Made by a program: the position numbers and the translations under genes. DNA of 21,452 bases from a virus. Taxonomy: Duplodnaviria > Heunggongvirae > Uroviricota > Caudoviricetes. Each line of letters opens with the position of its first letter. Within the stretch, counting starts at the first letter, position 1. Below the pieces are notes generated by a model. The model made no database searches and was not told the origin of the DNA. It saw only the letters and a list, made by a program, of their open reading frames with translations. This document shows, piece by piece, positions 13,486 through 21,452 of this stretch. Location of the stretch: IMG/VR virus record IMGVR_UViG_3300050120_000279; one strand, given 5' to 3'.

Positions 13486-15122
13486 GCCAGACGCTCAAGG
13501 AGAGCGAGGAAGACCGAGGCGGTTAGTTCACTACCGAAGTAGTTGATAAGAGCTATGAGCTCTGTGGTTCTGGTTGGTGAACCCTTTGATGAAGCAGGAA
13601 CGTCGACGTACTCTTCACCCGCCTCATCGAAATAACGAATGACAGCGAAAGCACCCATCGGAATGGTGGCATTCACCTTTCCCTGAACCTCACTGCTCGG
13701 CAGTGAGTTCAATATCGACAGAGGGAGGTACACAACCAGAGCTCCACCAAGGGGATAGGGCTTTCCGTCCCAATATCCGATGTCGAAGAAGCTGTCTGCC
13801 TGAGGAATGGTCCGGTATGCAGGTGCTAGACCGCCCCCACGCATTCGCGCATCAGTGAAACTGAACTGGGTCGAGCTGACCGTGGCGCCAACAACTAGAC
13901 TGGCGAAGATGTGATTCGTTCCAACTCCCGGAGTGGGGTCGTTTGTCTGTCCCGTGATCGGAGTCCCTGCTGAATCTAGGACCTGATGGAACACATTCTT
14001 TTGAGGATCGGTTCCATCGTACTTCGCGTAGAACTGGACGATCGTGTTCTTCACTACAGGATTCGTGAAGGGATTCACATCGAGATCGGTATAAACAATG
14101 TCTGGCTCGTAGTAGGTGAAGAACCCATACACTATGTCGGTCGGATCAAGATCGACAGTCACATCAAGACGAGAGTTCGTCGGATCAAACGACGACACGC
14201 GGTCACGCTTCCAGTTGTAGAGTGTTCCCTTGCGCAGGGGGGTGTTGGGCGAAGACCCATCGAGCGCATATTTGATGTTGTTGTTCTTGTCGAAGACCAG
14301 GATATCCGGCAAGTGGGCGGGATCAAGGAAGAAGTTCTTCCTTTCAAACTCGATGAGGGAAGTCGACAGTACCGTGCCGGCAACGAAAGTTCCCTGAAGA
14401 TAGCCACCTGGCTGAGCAAAACGTTGAAGACTCCAGTCCACTGGAGGTGGCTGAAGACTGAATCGGATGCGCGGATACCAGGGAGTATTGGGAAGGTAGC
14501 CGTACATCGGCATAACCTGAAACCCATTCTCGGAACTGAAGCGGATCCAGAAGCTGCTGGCCGAGCCCATCACAAGAAGACGTCCCTGGATCTGATAATT
14601 GGATCCGCCTGCGATCAATGCACTGGGTGTGAAGACCTTGTCATACCGGAGTAGTGTGGTAGTCAGGTACCCCTGAACGGTGACATAACGAATGTAGTAG
14701 GGAGCACCATCAAGATCATGAAAGAGGGTGTTGTTCTGGATAAGAATGTCAGCGGTTACAGCCGTCTTATTCAGGTCCAGAATCGTGATATCAGTAACGC
14801 CAATCGGAAGCTGATGCTTGTAATAAAGAGGTGCGCCCAGGAGCGAGACTGTCGTGGTGATCTGAAAGAACTGATTGGCCACATAGTACGAAGTGTCACC
14901 CTGAAACTGAATGGACTGGTTGTAGTCAGGGGCAGTAAAGTCAGCCGCGCCGGTATATCCGGTCGATGCCTTCCACACTGAGAGAACACCGGGCAAATAC
15001 ACAGTATTGTTGATTGAAGTCAGCTGGTCCGAGGTCATTGGAGGCACTGAAATCAGCGCGACCGGAACCGATCGTGACGGGACATTCTTCGTGTAGTACC
15101 AGTACTGAACTCCGCGGGGCAT
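13464..15122 (-). CDS. Putative baseplate structural protein, 552 aa
   Basis: TAAGGA RBS 5 nt upstream of ATG. C-terminal DARMRGGGL...FFDIGYWDGKPYP...VVYLP...G..AVIRY motif resembles one I recall from large-phage virion proteins (not verified). Confidence 0.62.
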   Translation of the reverse strand: MPRGVQYWYYTKNVPSRSVPVALISVPPMTSDQLTSINNTVYLPGVLSVWKASTGYTGAADFTAPDYNQSIQFQGDTSYYVANQFFQITTTVSLLGAPLYYKHQLPIGVTDITILDLNKTAVTADILIQNNTLFHDLDGAPYYIRYVTVQGYLTTTLLRYDKVFTPSALIAGGSNYQIQGRLLVMGSASSFWIRFSSENGFQVMPMYGYLPNTPWYPRIRFSLQPPPVDWSLQRFAQPGGYLQGTFVAGTVLSTSLIEFERKNFFLDPAHLPDILVFDKNNNIKYALDGSSPNTPLRKGTLYNWKRDRVSSFDPTNSRLDVTVDLDPTDIVYGFFTYYEPDIVYTDLDVNPFTNPVVKNTIVQFYAKYDGTDPQKNVFHQVLDSAGTPITGQTNDPTPGVGTNHIFASLVVGATVSSTQFSFTDARMRGGGLAPAYRTIPQADSFFDIGYWDGKPYPLGGALVVYLPLSILNSLPSSEVQGKVNATIPMGAFAVIRYFDEAGEEYVDVPASSKGSPTRTTELIALINYFGSELTASVFLALLERLANTTALS

Positions 15123-15130
15123 GAGTATCC

Positions 15131-16864
15131 TTAGAAGCCGAGAGCAAACATGGTCGGGGTTGTGATCATGGGCTGGGCGTAGTTACCGCCGCGGGCGCGG
15201 CGCACTTGCCACCCGAATCGATCGTAGGAAACTGGCTGGTACTGAACCTCATCCGAGATCGCAGTACTGGCATAAATCGTGCCGGCCTGAGCCATGAAGC
15301 ATACATTCGGAAAAGCCACTGGCCAGGTGCCGCTCTGGAACACGGTAGCTGTCGTATTGTCCTGGTTTCCAGTCATCCATTGGATGATGAGACCGTTGTT
15401 CAACTGCTGCCAGCCGTTGCCGGTGGTGCTACCAGGAAAACTCGAGCTGAAGATGAAACTGCCGAGGTCAGTTGAGTCGACAGTAGCTTTCAAACTATTC
15501 CCGCTCCATCCGATCTTGACAGCATTCGCGAGCTGGCCAATGCCAGTACCTTGCTGAACCGGTGTAAAGGCCAGAAGATCCGAGATCGTAAGTCCGTGAG
15601 GATTACCATGTGAGTTCTGGTTGACATGCTCAGCCAGCACCGCGGCGATGGAGTTCATGTCACCAAGACTGCCCGATACGGAGTGAGGTCCTCCAGGGTT
15701 AGCAATCTGCAATGAAGGAAGCATCGCCCAGATATTGCCGGAATGCTCCATACGCGCGAGCGGCGCGCCCGCACCATCAAATACGCCGTAGGCTGGGTCA
15801 CCGGGTGTACCTCCACCAGAACTAACACGGTTCATACGATAGCCGCCGCTATCGGTAGTGGTAGTCGCAGGGTGTGAACCAATTACACCGAGAGGAAGAG
15901 TGATATGGCTCAAAGGAGCAGCGCCGACCTGGTAAGCGGTGGGCATAGGGTGAGTAAATGACTGACCCAGGGCCGAACCAACGTGATTGGCAAACGCAGT
16001 GGTGATCGAAGCTACGGAAGCTTTCATGCCCGACAAGACGTCCGAGAGACGTTCCTTGAAGTCGACCCAGATGATCTTTGCAGCGGAGATACCGCCCGCA
16101 TCCAGTGTCAAATCGTAGGTCTGGCTGCCGTCGGTGTTTGTTCCGCCAGTTGCACTTGGAACTCTGCATGATGCATCAACGACAGATCCATTGAGCGGAT
16201 TGCGGGCGTCAGCCGCACGAGGGTCATCGTTGGCTAGAGCGACGCCCTGTCCTGTGGACGTGGAGATCTTCACGAGTCCGGCATGGACGTTTGAACCCAA
16301 TGCTTCTGGATTGGCATTGTCTGCCGGTACAAGCTGGAGAGTAGAGCCGCTGGCGGCGAACACGAACAACGGGATGGGAGAGGTGTTCTTCGTTAGCTGA
16401 GTGCCAGGAAGAGATGTCCCTGAGGTATCGGTCGCCGAGATGGAGATCACCAGCTGTCCTACATTGGCAGTGGGCTCCGCGGTACCTGGGTCGATCAGGG
16501 ATGCGTCCTGTGTGGAATCGACGATCGTCAGATTCCAGTTGAGGAACATCGTCCACGGCGTCGTAGCCAGGTTCAGAGTTGGAATGTCGGCACCGGTGAT
16601 GGGCTCCCATCGACCACGGATGAAGATCTCCATGGGGCGTGAAGAATCGACTGCTGCAAGGGTGACCGTTGTCGTGCCTGCGGTGACAACCGTCTTGATA
16701 TTGAGGGTCGCCCCCTCTCGATAGAGAGCATTGAGGTCACGGACAAGCACATTGCCACCCGAGTCACGGCCTGCAGAGATGTTCTGGATGGCGGACATCT
16801 CTCGTGCTTCGAGGATGCGGCCACCAATAAAGTCATATTCGCGATAGCGAGTCGAATCGGGCAT
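15131..16864 (-). CDS. Tail fibre/baseplate protein with DUF4815-like N-terminus and gp53-like C-terminal domain, 577 aa
   Basis: N-terminal YREYDFIGGRILEAREMSAIQ (DUF4815-like F.PG..LQARE). Fibre motifs HAGLVKIST, NDDPRAADARNP, HGNPHGLT and FTPVQQGTG...VKIGWSG. C-terminal GWQQLNNGLIIQW...WPVAFPNVC. Confidence 0.75.
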   Translation of the reverse strand: MPDSTRYREYDFIGGRILEAREMSAIQNISAGRDSGGNVLVRDLNALYREGATLNIKTVVTAGTTTVTLAAVDSSRPMEIFIRGRWEPITGADIPTLNLATTPWTMFLNWNLTIVDSTQDASLIDPGTAEPTANVGQLVISISATDTSGTSLPGTQLTKNTSPIPLFVFAASGSTLQLVPADNANPEALGSNVHAGLVKISTSTGQGVALANDDPRAADARNPLNGSVVDASCRVPSATGGTNTDGSQTYDLTLDAGGISAAKIIWVDFKERLSDVLSGMKASVASITTAFANHVGSALGQSFTHPMPTAYQVGAAPLSHITLPLGVIGSHPATTTTDSGGYRMNRVSSGGGTPGDPAYGVFDGAGAPLARMEHSGNIWAMLPSLQIANPGGPHSVSGSLGDMNSIAAVLAEHVNQNSHGNPHGLTISDLLAFTPVQQGTGIGQLANAVKIGWSGNSLKATVDSTDLGSFIFSSSFPGSTTGNGWQQLNNGLIIQWMTGNQDNTTATVFQSGTWPVAFPNVCFMAQAGTIYASTAISDEVQYQPVSYDRFGWQVRRARGGNYAQPMITTPTMFALGF

Positions 16865-16897
16865 GGTTTCTCTTTGTGTGCTTCGGTACGGTGGGAT

Positions 16898-19357
16898 TTA
16901 GTGCGAGGGTCCGCCCAGGCGGTATTGATTGAGGATGCCGTGGGCCGAGTCATTCAGGATCAGATAAATGCTGTCGTCGATCACTGGGGAGGGACCGATC
17001 TCCAGCATGATGCTGTTCGACAGAACATCTGAATCGACTTCCTGAAGCTGAATGATCGTCCGCTGGATGAATGTGATGAAATATGCGGCAACAATGGAGT
17101 CGCTGATCATTCCCTGTGCATAAACCAGGGACACCACATTGCCATTGAAACCACTGTCGGTGTAGTTGTTACCTGAGGAATCGAAAGCCTTGATCGGTGT
17201 CAGGATCTTATTCGAACTCAGGAAGACATCTTTGGCACCATTGGTTCTGTAGTTCGGCGAGCCGGGCGTACCGCTCGTAACGAAGAGGACTTCGCCCGCG
17301 CCAACATCCGCACCGACCTTACCGTACACGGGGTTGTTGTTCACAACGGTGTACAGGTCAACGAACCACCCATCCGTGGCATTCCAGATCTGAGAGATCG
17401 GAACCGCCTCGGGAAGAACAACCGTGTCGTTGGTCACGGTAGTCGTGGCCAATCCACCCAGGGCGCCCGCGGCGGGAATGTTCGGAACGAACAAGCCGTA
17501 GTTGGGATCCGGAGTGAAGATCAGGTTTGCAATACCATCAGCTCCAGTGATCACTTCAAGAGGCGTGGTCAAAGGATCTTGGTAGTTGAGGCGGCCCGTG
17601 AATGTCTCGGGATCAACGATGACCTTGAGACGAACATTCGAAACGATCTCTCCTGCGACATCACTGTATGCAATGACCTGCAAGAGAGAATAGTCGCCAT
17701 TGAAGTAGACAGGACCGTAGGCCACGAGCCCAATGATCGATGAAAGTGTGGCTGGGATCGGAATCAGAGGTTTATCTGCTGAGAGCACCAGGGCGGCAGC
17801 AATCTGCTTCCGCTGCTCAAGGTACACATACCCACCTGCCAGGCCGGCGAACGCCGGATTGAGGTCCACAGTGTCGAGTGTGAGGGTTTCCTCAGTCCCT
17901 GTCTCATATAGAGCCGCCAATGCTGGTGTGCATGTGGCAAATACCGACATGCCTTCTGCTCCGCCGGTGATGGAGGCACCAGCGCCTGTGGGACTGGTGA
18001 TGACGAGTGTTCCAGCATCTGGGTCATAGACCCAGTTCGTAGCTGTGATCGCCGAGGTGCCGGCGGCGGCCTGGGTGTAGACCTGCAAGACTTGGCCCAC
18101 TGGGTAGATCGGGATCTCGAAGTAGTCAATCGACTGCCCACTGAGAGCGCCGAGGAAAATGTTCGAGTTCGGGAGAGTCGCACTGAGGGTGGCGACATTC
18201 GTCACACGGTCCAGGGTGTACCAGAACGGAGGCAGGTTGATCCCACGTGCAATGGCTTCCACTGTCTGGTAACGGTAGTTGCGGCCGGTTTCATAATAAC
18301 CCTGAGAATCCAACTGGTAGGTACCCAGAAAGATGGGCAGTGTCGGAGTGGGTCTCTGGCTTAGTTGAACTGTGAGATTGTTCGCATCGAGGAAATCGAG
18401 CTGCGGTGTTGCAGGCAGATAGTATCTGTTGATACCAGTAAAGTAGTGGCCGCGCTTCACTTGAAGGTAGATCGAATCGTTTTCCTGGATGATGGCCGTA
18501 GGGGCCAGATCATCCTTGGCGCCAACACCTGCTATGAACTTCTCAGCGCCCACAGTAACGGGATCGACATTCCAGCTCGAAGGAATTAGGGCGTGCTGGT
18601 TGACCTGAGCTTCGTCCCGCCACCGGTACGTTCCCCATACAAAGCCTGGAGGATTCTCTGCAATCGCACGATTCTGAGGAAGGAGGCGCAGGCGGAGGCC
18701 GAGTTGCTGATCTCGCTGCAACACATAGCCATTCAAGGACAGAGTGGTACCTATCTCCGTCGGAGTGGGCGCGGTAGTGTCACCAATCCTTCGTTGGAAG
18801 AATGCACTGGTCGTGATGGACCAGTTGCTATAGATTGTGATCGCCCCTATGGGCACAGCGATCTGAAGGTCAATGGCCAGGGCGGATGGGCCGACATTGA
18901 TATCACTCGCTGCCAGGATCAAGGGCATGCCGGGATAGTTGAATGGCCCAGAACCTGAAGGACGCATACTGATACGCAGTGTGTCCTTGTCCGCGCCTTG
19001 CGAATAGAAGACATTCTGTCCGGTTCCAATCCACATCTTCAAGGGCTGGACCTTGGATCCAACCGTGGCCGCGGCAGCCAGGCCAGTGACACCCGTCAGC
19101 GCGCCGGCGGAGATACCGGTATAGGAGATGGTCTGTACACCGACAGTGGCCTGGCCAGTCGGGAGGAATTCAGTGGTGTCATCAAGTGCGATGCTCGTCG
19201 CGCCTATCGATGCAGCGTCTGCCAGAAAGGTCGAGTACGGATCACCAACATAGACGGTCGTAGTCTTCGTACCACCCTTCAGGGGGACGAGGAACTTCTT
19301 AGGCTCATCGAGTGAGGCCGGGATTGTCAGTTGGGAATCGAGGTAGAAGCCGAGCAA
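16898..19357 (-). CDS. Large multidomain virion/baseplate protein, 819 aa (TTG start)
   Basis: GGGGT-AAC-TAA-TTG start. Contains an LADAASIGATSIALDDTTEF...QTISYTG...LTGV repeat-type domain and an Ig/Big-1-like segment (LLQVIAYSDVAGEIVSNVRL...ITGADGIANLIFTP). Confidence 0.65.
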   Translation of the reverse strand: MLGFYLDSQLTIPASLDEPKKFLVPLKGGTKTTTVYVGDPYSTFLADAASIGATSIALDDTTEFLPTGQATVGVQTISYTGISAGALTGVTGLAAAATVGSKVQPLKMWIGTGQNVFYSQGADKDTLRISMRPSGSGPFNYPGMPLILAASDINVGPSALAIDLQIAVPIGAITIYSNWSITTSAFFQRRIGDTTAPTPTEIGTTLSLNGYVLQRDQQLGLRLRLLPQNRAIAENPPGFVWGTYRWRDEAQVNQHALIPSSWNVDPVTVGAEKFIAGVGAKDDLAPTAIIQENDSIYLQVKRGHYFTGINRYYLPATPQLDFLDANNLTVQLSQRPTPTLPIFLGTYQLDSQGYYETGRNYRYQTVEAIARGINLPPFWYTLDRVTNVATLSATLPNSNIFLGALSGQSIDYFEIPIYPVGQVLQVYTQAAAGTSAITATNWVYDPDAGTLVITSPTGAGASITGGAEGMSVFATCTPALAALYETGTEETLTLDTVDLNPAFAGLAGGYVYLEQRKQIAAALVLSADKPLIPIPATLSSIIGLVAYGPVYFNGDYSLLQVIAYSDVAGEIVSNVRLKVIVDPETFTGRLNYQDPLTTPLEVITGADGIANLIFTPDPNYGLFVPNIPAAGALGGLATTTVTNDTVVLPEAVPISQIWNATDGWFVDLYTVVNNNPVYGKVGADVGAGEVLFVTSGTPGSPNYRTNGAKDVFLSSNKILTPIKAFDSSGNNYTDSGFNGNVVSLVYAQGMISDSIVAAYFITFIQRTIIQLQEVDSDVLSNSIMLEIGPSPVIDDSIYLILNDSAHGILNQYRLGGPSH

Positions 19358-20143
19358 TTAGTTACCCCAGTAGGATGGATCTTGGGTGAGCAGGTCCTGG
19401 GTGTATTCACCAAGTTGATGAACAAGCGCGCCGTTGACGCCGGCGGCGTAGTTCCTGAGGGAAGGGTCCATCAAGCTGAACGATCCAACCTGAGATACCG
19501 CCAGTTGGAAAGGCGACAAGTTGTACACATAAGTGATCTGTGTCGCAGCTGGAGGATTTGAGACGAATGAGATTTCGCCAGCGGCAGTCAGGGTGTACTT
19601 CGGAACGACTACATTGAATCGCTCGGTGCCCACTACAATCCCGCTGTGTGCCAGAGCAAACTGTTTGGCAGTGATAGGCTCCGCTATCGTGATGTTCAGG
19701 CTCGACTGGCTGGCTAGCTGCCAAGCAGGACCATCCTTGGTCAATAGCTCGGCCGTACAGAACGTCATGGAATTGACATCGGCAACCACTGCACTCAGCT
19801 GGCGCCAGGCCCAGTAATTGTCGGGATCGATCGTAACCAAAGGAATGACTGTAGTCGTCGCTCCTTCGGTGATGGCGATTTGTCCAAAGGAGACCTGAAC
19901 AATGACAGTCGGGTCGACGGAGGTGATATTCATGCCGGCGGATACAGCGAGCCCTAGTTCGAAAGCGATCTGATCAATCGTTCCTTGGAAGGAGTGATCA
20001 CGTACGTTGATCGCAGCCTGGTAGAGACGGTCGAGGAAGGTGTCAGCCGGCTCGGACGGGAGTCGTTGAAGTCCCAGCTGAAGAGCTACGACATCGACAA
20101 ACGAGACCGAATTGTAGGGCTGAAGACTAAATTGCGACGGCAT
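19358..20143 (-). CDS. Putative baseplate wedge protein (P2 gpI/Mu gp48-like N-terminal motif), 261 aa
   Basis: VDVVALQLGLQRLPSEPADTFLDRL...QGTIDQIAFELGL resembles the LDxxGxxxGxxRxxxExDxxyRxRI wedge motif. Start overlaps the upstream gene by 17 nt. Confidence 0.55.
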   Translation of the reverse strand: MPSQFSLQPYNSVSFVDVVALQLGLQRLPSEPADTFLDRLYQAAINVRDHSFQGTIDQIAFELGLAVSAGMNITSVDPTVIVQVSFGQIAITEGATTTVIPLVTIDPDNYWAWRQLSAVVADVNSMTFCTAELLTKDGPAWQLASQSSLNITIAEPITAKQFALAHSGIVVGTERFNVVVPKYTLTAAGEISFVSNPPAATQITYVYNLSPFQLAVSQVGSFSLMDPSLRNYAAGVNGALVHQLGEYTQDLLTQDPSYWGN

Positions 20144-21452
20144 CGATGGTAAGCCCTTGGACCAGATCGGTCAGGTAGATGGATTGCGTACCTTGATCGA
20201 GGAGGTACGCATCGTAGTGGAGGATCAGCGGGACACAGAAGTCACCGGACCACACCCACAAGCGCCCGCGATCATCGAATGACAATCCTTTGATTGAAGG
20301 AACGATGCTGCTGAGATCGAATGTGGCTTTCGGAGCAAGCGCCAGATTCGGATAGGGAACAACATCAGACGTGAGGGCATTGTTGGCACCTGCACACTGA
20401 ACAGTTATGACATAGGTCCCGATCTGAGCCAAAGGGATGGTCAGAGTGATCGGTGTGCCGCGGCGCCAGCCTGCAGTCGAAGAGTAGGTTGCCATGACAC
20501 CATCCGGAGTCAGGGCATAGGTGGAGCCCTGCGGTGTCTGAATGAGGTAGCGATATTGCGATACCTCGCCGGACTTGGCATAGGGAATAGGTCGTAGCAC
20601 TACATAGCGCAACGAACCCTCGCGGGTTTCATCTATAGAGATGTCGAGACCGTAGTTGGGTTCTGCTGTGAGCGCTGTAGCAGTCAGGCTTGCTGGCATG
20701 GGCTCGCGGCGATCGCTATACACCAGAGTGGTTCCCTGAGCCAGGAACATGCCGGAGGTGTTCGGCTCAATGGCAATCGCATTTACAGAAGCTGCGGCGT
20801 AGGACTGAATGTAGCGGAACCCCTGGTAGTTCGACGCCAGATACTTCTCTTTCAGAAGTCCATCTTCGTAGATCCAGTAACGTGGAAACCTTACATCGCG
20901 CGCGGAAGAGTCCACGTAGGGGCGGTCGACGTCTGCTATATGGCTGAGGCCGAAGGAGCCAATTTGGCCCGAGAGGGATGCTCCTGATGGCAGATTGGTT
21001 ATCTGGATCTCGGTGATAGAGGCCCACGCAAACCGGGATTTGGCCACGCCGATCTGAGTCAAGGTCAGAGTCTCAGAGGTCTGAGACTGACGGGATGCCC
21101 ATACAGGCTGAGGGGCTCGCTGCCCGGTGATCCTGATTCTGACGCCGAGCTGGTTGAAGCCCTCTGCATCCAGCCAGAAGACCATTCGACCGATGGCTGG
21201 GAGTGTCGGATTGAGCACACGCTTCGTCGCCCAGGTCTGGCTTGCCGCCACACCCTCGCCAGCGACCAAAAAGACTGTGGGGTTCACAAGTGGAACTGGA
21301 ATGAATCGGCTGTCAGCATTGACGCGCGTTGGGATCGGGAGTTGGTCGTTATAAGGAACGAGTGTCGTCAGGTTTGCATTCAATGTTCCCTGAATGCTGT
21401 GGTCACTTCCGAAATCAAATGAAGAGGGTAGGATTTGCTGGAAGTAGACACC
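20127..21452 (-). CDS. 5'-truncated virion structural protein (>441 aa), possible beta-propeller-like segments
   Basis: The frame stays open upstream of the ORF-track TTG at 21383 to the window edge (GVYFQQILPSSFDFGSDHSIQGTLNANL...), so the true start lies outside. Blade-like strands AIAIEPNTSGMFL and GLSFDDRGRLWVW. Confidence 0.65.
   Translation of the reverse strand, partial: GVYFQQILPSSFDFGSDHSIQGTLNANLTTLVPYNDQLPIPTRVNADSRFIPVPLVNPTVFLVAGEGVAASQTWATKRVLNPTLPAIGRMVFWLDAEGFNQLGVRIRITGQRAPQPVWASRQSQTSETLTLTQIGVAKSRFAWASITEIQITNLPSGASLSGQIGSFGLSHIADVDRPYVDSSARDVRFPRYWIYEDGLLKEKYLASNYQGFRYIQSYAAASVNAIAIEPNTSGMFLAQGTTLVYSDRREPMPASLTATALTAEPNYGLDISIDETREGSLRYVVLRPIPYAKSGEVSQYRYLIQTPQGSTYALTPDGVMATYSSTAGWRRGTPITLTIPLAQIGTYVITVQCAGANNALTSDVVPYPNLALAPKATFDLSSIVPSIKGLSFDDRGRLWVWSGDFCVPLILHYDAYLLDQGTQSIYLTDLVQGLTIDAVAI

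Larger units (their letters stand above)
1..21452 (-). mobile_element. Segment of a large tailed bacteriophage genome (baseplate/tail-fibre operon; lytic phage or prophage not distinguishable)
   Basis: 16 co-oriented, tightly packed minus-strand genes. They carry phage fibre motifs (DUF2793-like, gp53-like C-terminus, collagen-like Gly-X-Y, NPH motif, DUF4815-like N-terminus). No bacterial housekeeping genes are present. Confidence 0.88.

Noticed and set aside
13986-14654. 222-aa plus-strand ORF, and the other short antisense or alternate-frame ORFs in the track
   Set aside because: Fully nested opposite or within long coherent minus-strand genes, with composition typical of shadow frames.
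608-16864. Diversity-generating retroelement or invertible tail-fibre shufflon
   Set aside because: No reverse transcriptase, invertase, template/variable repeat pair or long inverted crossover sites were visible by eye. A self-dotplot and the rest of the genome would be needed to exclude a distant TR.
16878-16889. GTGC-TTCG-GTAC mini-hairpin with a cUUCGg loop in the intergenic gap
   Set aside because: Only a 4-5 bp stem, it pairs only on the non-coding strand, and there is no U-tract.
1-21452. Alternative genetic code (stop-codon reassignment) as seen in some large phages
   Set aside because: Code 11 gives near-complete coding density with sensible junctions. TAA and TAG both act as stops, and no genes appear fragmented.
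1-21452. Extracellular contractile injection system or tailocin instead of phage
   Set aside because: No sheath, tube, AAA ATPase, VgrG/PAAR or toxin genes are recognisable. Multiple phage-type fibres and a Vsr-like gene fit a phage better, but this cannot be excluded from this window alone.
1-21452. CRISPR arrays, tRNA or rRNA genes
   Set aside because: Intergenic space is at most 116 nt, with no regularly spaced repeats or cloverleaf-compatible sequence.

Overview
A 21.4-kb segment of a large tailed-phage genome, possibly a jumbo phage; a prophage cannot be excluded. It is almost entirely one tightly packed minus-strand virion operon of 16 genes, most with overlapping or nearly abutting stop/start codons. 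It encodes baseplate-like structural proteins with no close match I can name, plus about five fibre/spike or receptor-binding candidates: a DUF4815-like/gp53-like fibre, an SGNH-esterase spike, a coiled-coil fibre, a DUF2793 fibre and a beta-helix protein. Three small non-structural genes are interleaved, two with Zn-binding motifs. The operon ends in a Vsr-like endonuclease gene that overlaps a convergent, truncated membrane-protein gene. I see no rRNA, tRNA, CRISPR array, integrase, reverse transcriptase, capsid, sheath or tape-measure gene. The most notable observations are: three adjacent, distantly paralogous discoidin-like baseplate proteins; a carbohydrate-binding-type domain nested inside its own paralog in the SGNH spike; a beta-helix with 194 consecutive residues lacking Asp/Glu; a shared TCAACTCCAT/AACTCCA motif in three of the four longest intergenic gaps; and two lower-GC receptor-binding cassettes. 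All family assignments come from motif recognition by eye, not database searches.
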